Source: an uncultured Bacteroidales bacterium (lineage in GTDB: Bacteria > Bacteroidota > Bacteroidia > Bacteroidales > JAUNSR01). From it: DNA of 64,000 nucleotides. The position numbers and the translations under genes are program-made. The first letter of the stretch is position 1; every line of letters begins with the position of its first letter. Where the stretch lies: NCBI GenBank assembly GCA_947074145.1, contig CAMTOJ010000012.1, positions 5,079 to 69,078 on the forward strand. The letters are read 5' to 3'. Below the pieces are notes generated by a model that searched no databases, was not told the origin of the DNA, and was given only the letters and a program-made list of their open reading frames with translations. Positions 40,733-50,473 of this stretch are shown in pieces.

Positions 40733-40884
40733 ATCTTTCTTGCTTTAAATGTTTGTAAAAGCATCATCGATAGTAAAACAATAGTCTTTTTTTTAAGTTC
40801 AATTTTAAGGATTAGTTTGTAAATAAATGTTCGTTTTTTTTAAGTACAGAGTTTAATTTTCTAAATTTTTGTTTTTTAAATCTG

Positions 40885-41637
40885 TTACAATATTCTACTC
40901 GATAAAAAAAGATGAAATTGTTCTTTATAAGAATCTGAAATCGGAATATATTCAGTACCAAAAACTATTCTGTTACGCTCAATAACTTTAATTTTATCTT
41001 TTCTTACAATAAAAGATCTATGTACTCTTATAAATTCATTTTCGTCTAATGTTTCCTCGATTTGCTTCATCGAAATTTTTGAGATTATCGGATGTTTCTC
41101 CCCCTCAATATATATTTTGACATAATCTTTCAAACCTTCTACATATAATATTTTGTTGATCTCGATTTTAACAAGCTTATATTCTGTTTTAACAAAAATG
41201 AATTCGTTATTTTCTTTAAGAATAATTTCTTTTTTATTATTATTATTTTCGTTTGCTTTTATGAGCAATTCTTTATGCCGCAAACCTTTATTTGCGGAAT
41301 TAAGAAATTCGGCATAATTGATAGGTTTAAGCAAATAATCTACTGCATTTACCTTAAATCCCTCAAGGGCATACTGCTGGAAAGCGGTTACAAAAATCAC
41401 CTGTGTCTTATCCGAAATTATTTTAGCTAATTCAATTCCGTTTAGATCCGGCATCTGAATATCCAGAAAAACGATATCCGGTTCACTTTTTTCAATCGCA
41501 CTTACAGCTTCTACGGAAGAATCATATTTACCTATAAGCTCAAGAAACGGAGTTTTTATAACATAAGATTCTAAAAGAGCCAAAGCCAATGGTTCATCAT
41601 CAACAATTATTGTCTTTAGTTTTATATTCTCTTTCAT
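40885..41637 (-). CDS. LytTR family response regulator
   Basis: VDDEPLA, FLDIQMP, DYLLKP, EGLKDYVK, FIRVHRSFIV. Confidence 0.93.
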   Translation of the reverse strand: MKENIKLKTIIVDDEPLALALLESYVIKTPFLELIGKYDSSVEAVSAIEKSEPDIVFLDIQMPDLNGIELAKIISDKTQVIFVTAFQQYALEGFKVNAVDYLLKPINYAEFLNSANKGLRHKELLIKANENNNNKKEIILKENNEFIFVKTEYKLVKIEINKILYVEGLKDYVKIYIEGEKHPIISKISMKQIEETLDENEFIRVHRSFIVRKDKIKVIERNRIVFGTEYIPISDSYKEQFHLFLSSRIL

Positions 41638-41652
41638 AACTATTGAATAACG

Positions 41653-42714
41653 TTATTTCTGTTTTATGATTATTATTTCTGCTTCAAATTGATCTATATT
41701 TCTTTCTGCTATAAACTTGGCATTCTTTCCATAGATTAATGACAACCTTTTTTGTAGGTTATCCAAACCTATTCCGGATCCGCTTCTGTCATCATTGCTT
41801 TTTTCAAAATAACTATTTATGACACGAAATATCAATTGATTTTCATTGAGGGTTAATTTTATATGAACATATGATTTTCCAATACTGTTTATTCCATGCT
41901 TAAAGGCATTTTCTATCAGAGAAATAAAAATCATTGGTGCAATTTGCCAATCTTTGGTTTCTCCCTCTATGGAAAATGTTATTTCAACTTTCGATGAAAA
42001 ACGAAGTTTTACAAGATCGAGATAGTTGTTTATAAAATCAATCTCTTTCACAAGATCTACCTCTTCTTGATCATTATCATATAAGACATAGCGTAAAAGT
42101 TTACTTAACTGATGTATAGCCGACTGTGCATGATCTTGAGATATTGCAACAAGTGAGTATATGTTATTTAAAGTATTAAACAGAAAATGAGGATTAAGCT
42201 GACTTTTAAGATTTTTGAGTTCTGCTTCATAGTGATTTTTCATCATTTCCTTCCTTTTTGATTCGAATTGATACCATTGCGAACTCATTTTTATCGCTAC
42301 AGATAATGCTGCCGTAAGAACATAAAAAATAGAATCTCTTCCAATCTTAAGCATCCAACCCAATCTCATTGGAGGTTTATGTCCCTCTGGTCCGGGACGA
42401 AACTCTTTGAAGGGTATAAAAATATCATCAACGAGAAACATTAGTATCGAGCCTATAATAATCACAATGATGTTAATTGTCAAGAAGGTGCTCACTCTGC
42501 GGTTAAAAAGATACTTATTAATAAGAAAAAAATAATTGAAATAAAATATGATTATAATGATAAGTTGGCTAAAACAGAATCTGATATAAAACAATAACCA
42601 ATTATCATCAATATCATTTGGCATAAAAAGAATAGGTGAAGAAAATAAAATCATCCATATTATAAGATGAATAAGTATTTCTACATATTTTGATGGTCTT
42701 TTATCTGTAAACAT
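41653..42714 (-). CDS. LytS/YehU-type sensor histidine kinase
   Basis: 4 TM helices; LKSQLNPHFLFNTLNNIY, ENAFKHG, SGIGLDN. Confidence 0.93.
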   Translation of the reverse strand: MFTDKRPSKYVEILIHLIIWMILFSSPILFMPNDIDDNWLLFYIRFCFSQLIIIIIFYFNYFFLINKYLFNRRVSTFLTINIIVIIIGSILMFLVDDIFIPFKEFRPGPEGHKPPMRLGWMLKIGRDSIFYVLTAALSVAIKMSSQWYQFESKRKEMMKNHYEAELKNLKSQLNPHFLFNTLNNIYSLVAISQDHAQSAIHQLSKLLRYVLYDNDQEEVDLVKEIDFINNYLDLVKLRFSSKVEITFSIEGETKDWQIAPMIFISLIENAFKHGINSIGKSYVHIKLTLNENQLIFRVINSYFEKSNDDRSGSGIGLDNLQKRLSLIYGKNAKFIAERNIDQFEAEIIIIKQK

Positions 42715-42782
42715 TTTAGTTAGATTTTAGGAGTGAAAATATAACTTTTTCACATCATTATATAATATTCGGAATTTTCTTT

Positions 42783-42836
42783 AAAAAGATAGAGCTTGCA
42801 TCACCTGTTTCACAACAGATTACGGCAAACTCTATC
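42783..42836 (-). terminator. Terminator after the efflux operon (possibly the 3' end of an sRNA)
   Basis: Minus strand GATAGAGTTTGC...CTGTTGTGAAACAG...GCAAGCTCTATC followed by TTTTT. Confidence 0.65.
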
Positions 42837-42942
42837 GACTCTACTTACTAACTACTAATTGTAACTTTGAATTAAAGTTAAAAAAGTTTCTTCTTGAATA
42901 ATTAGCTTCTACTCAACCATTTTTAATAACTTAAAATCTTTT

Positions 42943-44163
42943 TTATTCATATCTTATTGCTTCAATAGGATCCAAACTTGCAGCTTTCTTTGCCGGATAC
43001 CATCCGAAAAAAATACCAGTAAGAGAACATACTGCAAAAGAAAGCAATACAGACCATGGCTGTATAAGAACCGGCCAACCTGCTGCAAATTTTACAATGA
43101 ACGTTACAGATACTCCCAGAAATATTCCGATAATTCCACCTACAAAGCTCAATAAAATTGCCTCTATCAGGAATTGCATAAGAATATCTTTTCCCTTGGC
43201 TCCTATTGACATTCTCAATCCAATCTCTCGAGTCCTTTCAGTCACGGATACATACATTATATTCATAATTCCTATACCTCCAACCAAAAGTGAAATACCG
43301 GCAATGCAAGATAATAATAATGTCATAAGATCTGTTGTCGAGGTCAACATTGAAGTTAATTCTTCCTGTGATCTAACTTCAAAATTATCATCTGCTCCCT
43401 CTTTTATCTTATGATTAAATCTTAAGATCTCTTCAATTTCTTCAACAGCCTTGGGTGACATCTCTTCATTTATTGCAGAGGCATAAATTCCTTGCAGATA
43501 ATTTATGGCCAAAACTCTTTTTTGTACCGTAGTATAAGGAGCAATAAGCAGATCATCCTGATCCATTCCCATGCTATTGTAACCTTTCGACTCCAGTATT
43601 CCTATAATTTTAAAAGGCGTCTTGTTAAATCTTATATATCGTCCAAGGGGAGATTCTCCATTTGGAAAAAGATTATCTGATACAGTTTTTCCAATAAGAC
43701 AGACCTTTGCAAAAGTCTTTATATCTTGCTCAGAGAAAACATCACCCTCACTAACCTTATATTTTCTAATCTCAAGATAATCAGGATTTACGCCATATAA
43801 TGTAGTAGGTGTATTATTTGAAGAATATATTGCCTGTCCAGAACTTGTTACCGATGGTGAAACTGCAGCAACATATCGACTTTTGTTTACTATTGCTTTA
43901 TAATCTTCAATCTTCAGACTCTGCATACTAGAAGCATCTTGTCTGACCCCTCCCATTCTCATACTTCCGGGATGAATCATAAGCATATTAGAGCCCATTT
44001 CTGATATCTGTGACCGTATACTTTGTTTTGAACCCTGACCGATGGCAAGCATCGTTATAACCGATGCAACCCCGATAATGATACCAAGCATCGTCAGAAA
44101 TCCCCTGAACTTATTGGTATTTAGTGCCCTTAAAGCTATTTTAAAGAGGTTTGCAAAATTCAT
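42943..44163 (-). CDS. MacB-type ABC transporter permease
   Basis: LTMLGIIIGVASVI, GGIGIMNIMYVSVTERTREIG, PAKKAASLDPIEAIRYE. Confidence 0.93.
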   Translation of the reverse strand: MNFANLFKIALRALNTNKFRGFLTMLGIIIGVASVITMLAIGQGSKQSIRSQISEMGSNMLMIHPGSMRMGGVRQDASSMQSLKIEDYKAIVNKSRYVAAVSPSVTSSGQAIYSSNNTPTTLYGVNPDYLEIRKYKVSEGDVFSEQDIKTFAKVCLIGKTVSDNLFPNGESPLGRYIRFNKTPFKIIGILESKGYNSMGMDQDDLLIAPYTTVQKRVLAINYLQGIYASAINEEMSPKAVEEIEEILRFNHKIKEGADDNFEVRSQEELTSMLTSTTDLMTLLLSCIAGISLLVGGIGIMNIMYVSVTERTREIGLRMSIGAKGKDILMQFLIEAILLSFVGGIIGIFLGVSVTFIVKFAAGWPVLIQPWSVLLSFAVCSLTGIFFGWYPAKKAASLDPIEAIRYE

Positions 44164-44216
44164 ATATTATATCTCATTTATTAATATCAATTCGGGTTCT
44201 ATGCTCCGATTTTATA

Positions 44217-44975
44217 TCATTTTTCAACTATTACATCATCTTGTTTTGGCAAGGCGGCAAGCTCTACTCTGGCATCTTTTATATTTGCATTCCTTGTATC
44301 GCTAATAACCATTCCATCTCTCAAAGATATTGTTCGACTGCTAAACTCACTCATTTCCGGATTATGTGTAACGAAAAGAATTGTTCTCCCTGCTTTATAC
44401 AAATCCTGAAACAATGCCAATATTTCAAGAGATGTTCGCGTATCAAGATTTCCGGTTGCCTCATCTGCAAGAAGTATTACAGGATCATTTACCAAAGCTC
44501 TGGCAATTGCCACACGTTGTTGTTGTCCACCTGACATCTGATTTGATTTATGATCAAGTCTATCACCTAGACCCACAAGTTTTAATGCTTCTATAGCTTT
44601 TTCACGACGTTGTTTTGCTGGAATACGAGGATTATAAATCAATGGAAGTTCTACATTTTCAATTGATGTTGTCTTTGGCAAAAGATTGTAGTTCTGAAAT
44701 ATGAATCCGATTTTACTGTTTCTTATCTCAGCTCTTTTATCCTTGCTCATCGTATCTGTCCTAATTCCATCTAGATAATACTCTCCGGATGTTGGAGTAT
44801 CCAGACAACCTAATATGTTAAGCAACGTCGATTTTCCGGAACCACTGGTACCCATAATAGTTACAAATTCTCCGGCATCCACACTGAAACTTACTCCTCT
44901 AAGCGCCTTTACGACCTCATTACCTACTGTAAATCTGCGCTTTATATCAACAAGTCTTATTATCTCTTTTTTCAT
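44217..44975 (-). CDS. MacB-type ABC transporter ATP-binding protein
   Basis: GTSGSGKST, MSGGQQQRVAIARA, LADEATGNLD, VTH. Confidence 0.95.
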   Translation of the reverse strand: MKKEIIRLVDIKRRFTVGNEVVKALRGVSFSVDAGEFVTIMGTSGSGKSTLLNILGCLDTPTSGEYYLDGIRTDTMSKDKRAEIRNSKIGFIFQNYNLLPKTTSIENVELPLIYNPRIPAKQRREKAIEALKLVGLGDRLDHKSNQMSGGQQQRVAIARALVNDPVILLADEATGNLDTRTSLEILALFQDLYKAGRTILFVTHNPEMSEFSSRTISLRDGMVISDTRNANIKDARVELAALPKQDDVIVEK

Positions 44976-44997
44976 ACCTTATTTTTATAAGGAACAT

Positions 44998-46140
44998 TTA
45001 TTTTTTTCTTGATGGAGGTCCTTGCATAAAAGGACTCTTTTCTCCATTCATTTGAGGCGCGCCTGCTCCGGGTGTTTGTAAAGATTCATCTACTACTACA
45101 ACATCACCTTCTTTTAGTCCCTTCACAATTTCAACATTTATTCTATCATCATATCCCACCGTAACAGGCACTCTCAATTGTTTTTCTGCATTCTTAACCC
45201 AGACCCCTGTCTGATTATTTTCAACGTCTGCTTTATACTTTAAAGCTTTTGATGGTATGGCAAGAACATTATTTTTTTCTAAAGTTTTTATAGTAACATT
45301 TGCTGTCAATCCCGGTTTTAATTTCAGGTCAGGATTAGGTGCTGCTATTACGACCTGATAAGTCACTACATTTGAAGTCGTTGTAGCTTCAAGTCTTACT
45401 TGAGTAACATAACCGGTAAACTTATCATTTGGATATGCATCTACATCAAAACTAACATTTTGTCCTTCTGCAACTTCACCTATATCTGCTTCATCAACAT
45501 CAGCAATTACCTGCATTTTTGTTAAATCGTTTGCAATAGTAAATAGTGTAGGTGTAGAAAAGCTTGCAGCAACAGTCTGACCTTCATCGACTGCTCTCGA
45601 CAGCACTATTCCATCAATTGGCGAATATATGGTGGCAAATCCCAAATTAGTTTTTGATTTAACCATATCTGAACGGCTTTTATCATAACTATTCTTTGAT
45701 TTGAGATAATTGTATTCGGCAAGTTCGTATTCAGTATCTGAGACCATCTGCTTTTCATGCAACTCTTTGGAACGATTAAATAAACGTGTCTGATACTCAT
45801 ATTCCACTTTTGCAGCAAGCATATTCGATGTCTGCGACTCTAGTTCTGCTTCAAGTGTTGTTTTATCAAGCTCTGCTAGTATCTGTCCTTTTTTTACCTC
45901 TGAATTATAATCAACATATATTTTTGAGATAATACCCGAAACCTGAGTACCAACCTCTACATTAGTTATCGGTTCAAGAGTTCCTGTAGCTGTTACCTCT
46001 CTCGACATATTGATTTTTTTAGCTACAGCAGTTTCAATCATTTTTTTTGATTCACCTCCTTGTTTACAATTGGTAAAAGAAAAAAGCATTACAAAAGCTG
46101 CTGCACTTAAGACGAAATTTTTATTCATCATTATATTCAT
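44998..46140 (-). CDS. Efflux periplasmic adaptor subunit (MacA-like)
   Basis: ATGTLEP...VGTQVSG, IYSPIDG, EGQTVAASF, VDEADIG, LKPGLTA. Confidence 0.92.
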   Translation of the reverse strand: MNIMMNKNFVLSAAAFVMLFSFTNCKQGGESKKMIETAVAKKINMSREVTATGTLEPITNVEVGTQVSGIISKIYVDYNSEVKKGQILAELDKTTLEAELESQTSNMLAAKVEYEYQTRLFNRSKELHEKQMVSDTEYELAEYNYLKSKNSYDKSRSDMVKSKTNLGFATIYSPIDGIVLSRAVDEGQTVAASFSTPTLFTIANDLTKMQVIADVDEADIGEVAEGQNVSFDVDAYPNDKFTGYVTQVRLEATTTSNVVTYQVVIAAPNPDLKLKPGLTANVTIKTLEKNNVLAIPSKALKYKADVENNQTGVWVKNAEKQLRVPVTVGYDDRINVEIVKGLKEGDVVVVDESLQTPGAGAPQMNGEKSPFMQGPPSRKK

Positions 46141-46180
46141 TTTCTTATATTCTTTTTTTATTATCCTATCTTACAATACA

Positions 46181-47494
46181 TTAGTCTGACAAACCGATAT
46201 TATTGTAAAATTCAAGAAGTTTTATATCAAGTAAAGCACTATATTTTGCCTGTATTCTATCTTGCATGGCACTCAATAATGAATTTTTTTCCACAAGAAG
46301 ATCCACTGCATTAAGCATTCCCAGATTAAACTTCTGTTGTACTAAATCGTAACTTTCCTCTGCAGCTGCTAATTGGGCAAGTGAAGCTTCGTATTGACTT
46401 TGTGCAGAAATAGCATCAAGGTGAATTGTCGTTATCGTATTTGTAATCTCAAGTATTATATTTTCATAATATAATTCAGAATCAATTATCGATATTCCCG
46501 CTCTTTCTACTCTCGATTTTGTCTGTCGATTATTAAAAATAGGAACAGATACGGTTATTCCGATATTCTCATTAAACCCCTTACCTATCTGTTTCCCGAA
46601 ATTGTTAGAAGAAATAGAGTTATGCCCCGTCGTAATCGAACCATTAAGTGAGATTGTAGGGATCCATTCTCCTGCCGCTATTTTCTTTTCAAGCTGAGAT
46701 ATACGCATCTGAGCTGACGCTCCTTTTATCTCAGGCATATTAATAAGTGCATTATCCAAAACTTCTGTAAGACCCGGTATAAGAGGCAATTGTGTTTGTT
46801 CATCAATAGGAAAGTCAACTTCAAATTCGTTATCATTACCAAGTTGAAGCAACTGCTTCAAAGTCAATAAAGCCTCTGACTCTCCTGTTTTAGCCATCAC
46901 TAACTGATAATTATCTTTTTTATATTGACTTTCAACCTGAGCTAAATCCACTTTACTTATCATTCCCGATCTAAACAATTCGGTTGAACGTTCAAGTTCC
47001 TTTGCCGAAGTAGCAAGAATCTGTTCATTTGTAATTACCGATTCACGAGTATAAAGCAACTGATAATATTGACGTATAATCTGAATCTTTATATTATTGC
47101 TTGTTGTCAAAAACTCCCACAACGCATATTCCCGACTTACTTTTGATTGTTCAATCGTATTAAGACGTCTTCCTCCATTATACAATGTCATTCCAGCCGA
47201 TAGATTATAAGTTCCGGAATAAATGACATTTTCATCTGCGACATTATCAAAATTTACATTTTGGCTGGTATTGAAAGTCAATGATGGAAAAAGTGCAGCC
47301 TTAGACTCTTTTAGATTAACTTCCGCTTCATCTATCCGAAGCCCGGAACGCAGAATACTAATATTGTTTTCAGAAGCATATGAGAGACAATCGTCAAGAT
47401 TCCATGACTCTCCATCATTCGCCAAAAGAGAGAATGACGACCATATTCCGCCAATAACCAACAATAATTTATATTTCATTTTATTAACCCTCAT
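46181..47494 (-). CDS. TolC family outer membrane channel
   Basis: WNLDDCLSYASENN, ALFPSL, SVPIFN; two OEP repeats. Confidence 0.9.
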   Translation of the reverse strand: MRVNKMKYKLLLVIGGIWSSFSLLANDGESWNLDDCLSYASENNISILRSGLRIDEAEVNLKESKAALFPSLTFNTSQNVNFDNVADENVIYSGTYNLSAGMTLYNGGRRLNTIEQSKVSREYALWEFLTTSNNIKIQIIRQYYQLLYTRESVITNEQILATSAKELERSTELFRSGMISKVDLAQVESQYKKDNYQLVMAKTGESEALLTLKQLLQLGNDNEFEVDFPIDEQTQLPLIPGLTEVLDNALINMPEIKGASAQMRISQLEKKIAAGEWIPTISLNGSITTGHNSISSNNFGKQIGKGFNENIGITVSVPIFNNRQTKSRVERAGISIIDSELYYENIILEITNTITTIHLDAISAQSQYEASLAQLAAAEESYDLVQQKFNLGMLNAVDLLVEKNSLLSAMQDRIQAKYSALLDIKLLEFYNNIGLSD

Positions 47495-47516
47495 CTCTTT
47501 TTGAATTTCTATACAC

Positions 47517-47580
47517 CAAAACTACAGATGAGCGATTGCTTTGAAAAAAATATTAGACGGATCACCCTTTTTCGTAGACG
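47517..47580 (-). promoter_or_regulatory. tolC operon promoter with putative LytTR direct-repeat site
   Basis: -7 box TAGTTTTG (47517-47524); TAGACG direct repeats at 47554 and 47575 (21-bp period) just upstream. Confidence 0.55.
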
Positions 47581-47636
47581 AAAAGAAAAAATCCGATATT
47601 AATAATTTTTCATTATCAATATCGGATCACTATTTT

Positions 47637-49256
47637 TTAAAATTCCGGATTCTTCGAGACATATATCTTTTGTCCTGTAAAAGGATGAATAAATCTCATT
47701 GAAAACGAATGAAGATACAATCGTTTATCCTTTTTTCCATAAAGTTCATCTCCCTTTATCGGCACATTAAGTCCGTCTTTATGTGCACTATGCATTCTAA
47801 GTTGATGAGTTCTTCCGGTAATAGGATTAAAATCTATTCGTGTTATATTATTTAAATGTTCAATTACTTTAAAATAAGTAATTGACTCTTTTCCATTTTC
47901 ATAATCAACCTTTTGCTTTGGTCTCTCTATGTAGTCGGACGATAAAGGCAGTTTGATTACTCCACTTTCAACGCTTATATTACCATCCAGCAAAGCTATA
48001 TAATGTTTCTCTATCGAGTGGGAAGAGAAAAGCTGTTGAAACATCTTATAATTTACCTCCCCTTTTGCAAACATCAACAATCCGGAAGTTGCCATATCAA
48101 GACGATGTACCGCTTTTAAATCAGATCTTCCGAATTCCGACTTCAAAATATCCTCGACCGATTCACTCTTTATCTTTCCCGGTACTGAAAGTATCGCCTG
48201 CGGTTTATTCACTATAATAATATAATCATCTTCAAACACTTTTTCAATTGTCTGAAGCGATACTGATTGCTCAAGAGGATTATCTTCTACATCAAGCCCC
48301 TGTAACATATACCCCAGAATCGGCCCACATTTACCCGAACAAGAAGGATAAAACTCCATTTCTTTTCTGATTATCGAAACAGGCGATTTACCAATCCAAA
48401 ACTCTGCCATTGCCACAGGTTTCAACCCATTAGCATAAGCAAACTGCAATAACTTAGGAGCACAACATTCTCCTGATCCACCGGGAGGAAATTTTAATAC
48501 CGTCTTTATGAATATCTCTGTAAGAGTAGATTTTTCACCTAACGCATTGAGCACAATATAACTATCAAAAAGCCTCTTTTGAAGATCTGCAGATCTTTGT
48601 TTACGTTCTCTTTTTAGATCCTCGATAATATTCTGAAATTGTTCAAGTTCCAGCTTTTTGTGCATTATATCTTCGTTGATATTCGATTGAATTCTTTTTA
48701 ATTCAGCCTTATAAAACTGACTCTCTTTTATCAATTTCTCTTTATCGACAACATCTCTCATCTCATCTCTTAATCTCTTTTTTTCTTTCATTAGAATTTT
48801 GAATTCGGAGATACGCGTGATACCATCTTTTTCGGTTCTACTTAGAGATAATTTGAGTTCTTCATGCTCCATAGAATGTTCCAACTTATCTATATTCAAA
48901 CTTAAGCCAGAAATCACAGATTCCTCTTTTTTGAAATAACCGCCAGGATTAAGAAGATTATAAATAGGTGGTACGAAATATTTATGTTGATTTTTGTTAT
49001 TAAGAAGTCCTGAATATGCAGCAAGAAAACCGGGTGTCCCCGTATCATCAAGGACAATTAAAACTCCGAACATTTTACCTTCCGAAACATCCGGAAAAAG
49101 TGGTATATTTTCTTTTATATATTCATAAACTTCGTTTGCTGCATATCGACATAAAATATGCGGTTCATAACAAAAAGGAAAAGTAAATTTAATAGGGAGT
49201 TCGATTCCCGATATATCCTCTTTGAAAAAATGTATTTTATCTGAAATAGACTCCAC
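47637..49256 (-). CDS. RluA family pseudouridine synthase with long N-terminal extension
   Basis: GKMFGVL, GECCAPKLLQ, NKP...SVPG, VHRLDMATSG, TGRTHQLRMH. Confidence 0.92.
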   Translation of the reverse strand: MESISDKIHFFKEDISGIELPIKFTFPFCYEPHILCRYAANEVYEYIKENIPLFPDVSEGKMFGVLIVLDDTGTPGFLAAYSGLLNNKNQHKYFVPPIYNLLNPGGYFKKEESVISGLSLNIDKLEHSMEHEELKLSLSRTEKDGITRISEFKILMKEKKRLRDEMRDVVDKEKLIKESQFYKAELKRIQSNINEDIMHKKLELEQFQNIIEDLKRERKQRSADLQKRLFDSYIVLNALGEKSTLTEIFIKTVLKFPPGGSGECCAPKLLQFAYANGLKPVAMAEFWIGKSPVSIIRKEMEFYPSCSGKCGPILGYMLQGLDVEDNPLEQSVSLQTIEKVFEDDYIIIVNKPQAILSVPGKIKSESVEDILKSEFGRSDLKAVHRLDMATSGLLMFAKGEVNYKMFQQLFSSHSIEKHYIALLDGNISVESGVIKLPLSSDYIERPKQKVDYENGKESITYFKVIEHLNNITRIDFNPITGRTHQLRMHSAHKDGLNVPIKGDELYGKKDKRLYLHSFSMRFIHPFTGQKIYVSKNPEF

Positions 49257-49265
49257 TATGATTCA

Positions 49266-49835
49266 TTAAAATTTACCACAAACTTTATTATAGATTTCAC
49301 GACAAAGAGTCAGATCATAATTAGCATCATGAAGCAGTGAGTCATCAACATTGACTCCAAGATATTTGGCTACTGTCGATTGTTTAAAATCTGGCATATT
49401 ATTTCTTACATCCGACAAAAACGGAGTGGCAAGTACCATTACATCTATAGAGTTTGACCAAAACCATGATCCGAAATAGTTATCGCTGTTCTGAAGAAAA
49501 AATCCGCGAAGAAAATTGTTATCAAAAGAGGAATTATTATACCCTGCAAGAAAATACTTATCTCCTTTATCATAGCGATTTACATAACGTTCTAAAATCA
49601 CTATAAGCTGATCATAGATCTTCTTCATTGGTGGATAACTCATTATTTGTTCTTGGGTGACATTACAAACTTTTAATGCCTCCGGTTCAATTTGCGCTTT
49701 CGGATTAGGTTGAACAAAAAGATTAAACTCCTCTTTTGTTTCTCCATCGATCACAATCTGTCCACTTATCTGATGTATTCCATGTCGTCCCGGATTGGTA
49801 CCGGTGGTCTCAAGATCGAAAAATAATATTTTCAT
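49266..49835 (-). CDS. DEDDh 3'-5' exonuclease (DnaQ-like)
   Basis: FFDLETTG, GYNNSSFD, LHDANYD. Confidence 0.85.
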   Translation of the reverse strand: MKILFFDLETTGTNPGRHGIHQISGQIVIDGETKEEFNLFVQPNPKAQIEPEALKVCNVTQEQIMSYPPMKKIYDQLIVILERYVNRYDKGDKYFLAGYNNSSFDNNFLRGFFLQNSDNYFGSWFWSNSIDVMVLATPFLSDVRNNMPDFKQSTVAKYLGVNVDDSLLHDANYDLTLCREIYNKVCGKF

Positions 49836-49991
49836 TTTTATCCCGTTTTTTTGACAAATATATCATTCAATATCATTTTAAGCCACTAAAATCGTATCAA
49901 AACTTTCAATTTTACCAATAAATAATATTTATGATTAACTCATAAAAGAAACACAAATCAATATATTATCTATTTTTACAAAAAAACAATT

Positions 49992-50405
49992 ATGATTTTT
50001 CAAACAGAATTCTCGCTTAAAGCTCGCACTCGTGGTTTTCATCTTATAACAGATGAAATCTTAAGAAAAATAGAAAAGTTTCCCGCAACAGGTATCGTTA
50101 ATATATTTATTAAGCACAGCTCTGCTGCTCTTTCAATCAATGAAAATGCCGATCCTTCAGTAAGAGAAGATATGGAGGCTATCTTCAATCGTCTGATTAA
50201 GGAACGCGAACCATACTACCGACATAATTACGAGGGAGACGACGATATGCCGGCACATGCCAAAACATCGATTATCGGTCCATCAATCTCTATCCCTATT
50301 ACTAATCATAAATTAAACATGGGTATTTGGCAAGGAATATATCTATGTGAGTTCCGTGATTATGGAGGTGCCCGAAAAATTGTGATTACAGTAATGGGTG
50401 AATAA
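49992..50405 (+). CDS. yjbQ: YjbQ/UPF0047 family protein
   Basis: HSSAALSINENADPSVREDM, EGDDDMPAHAK, GIWQGIYLCEFR. Confidence 0.9.
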   Translation: MIFQTEFSLKARTRGFHLITDEILRKIEKFPATGIVNIFIKHSSAALSINENADPSVREDMEAIFNRLIKEREPYYRHNYEGDDDMPAHAKTSIIGPSISIPITNHKLNMGIWQGIYLCEFRDYGGARKIVITVMGE

Positions 50406-50411
50406 AATTAT

Positions 50412-50465
50412 TAAAAAGTAAAAAAGGATCTTTCCCATACAAGAAAGATCCTTTTTTACTTTTTA
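50412..50465. terminator. Bidirectional terminator ending the B12 operon and yjbQ
   Basis: Perfect 23-bp arms TAAAAAGTAAAAAAGGATCTTTC / GAAAGATCCTTTTTTACTTTTTA. Confidence 0.85.
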
Positions 50466-50473
50466 TTCTAAAT

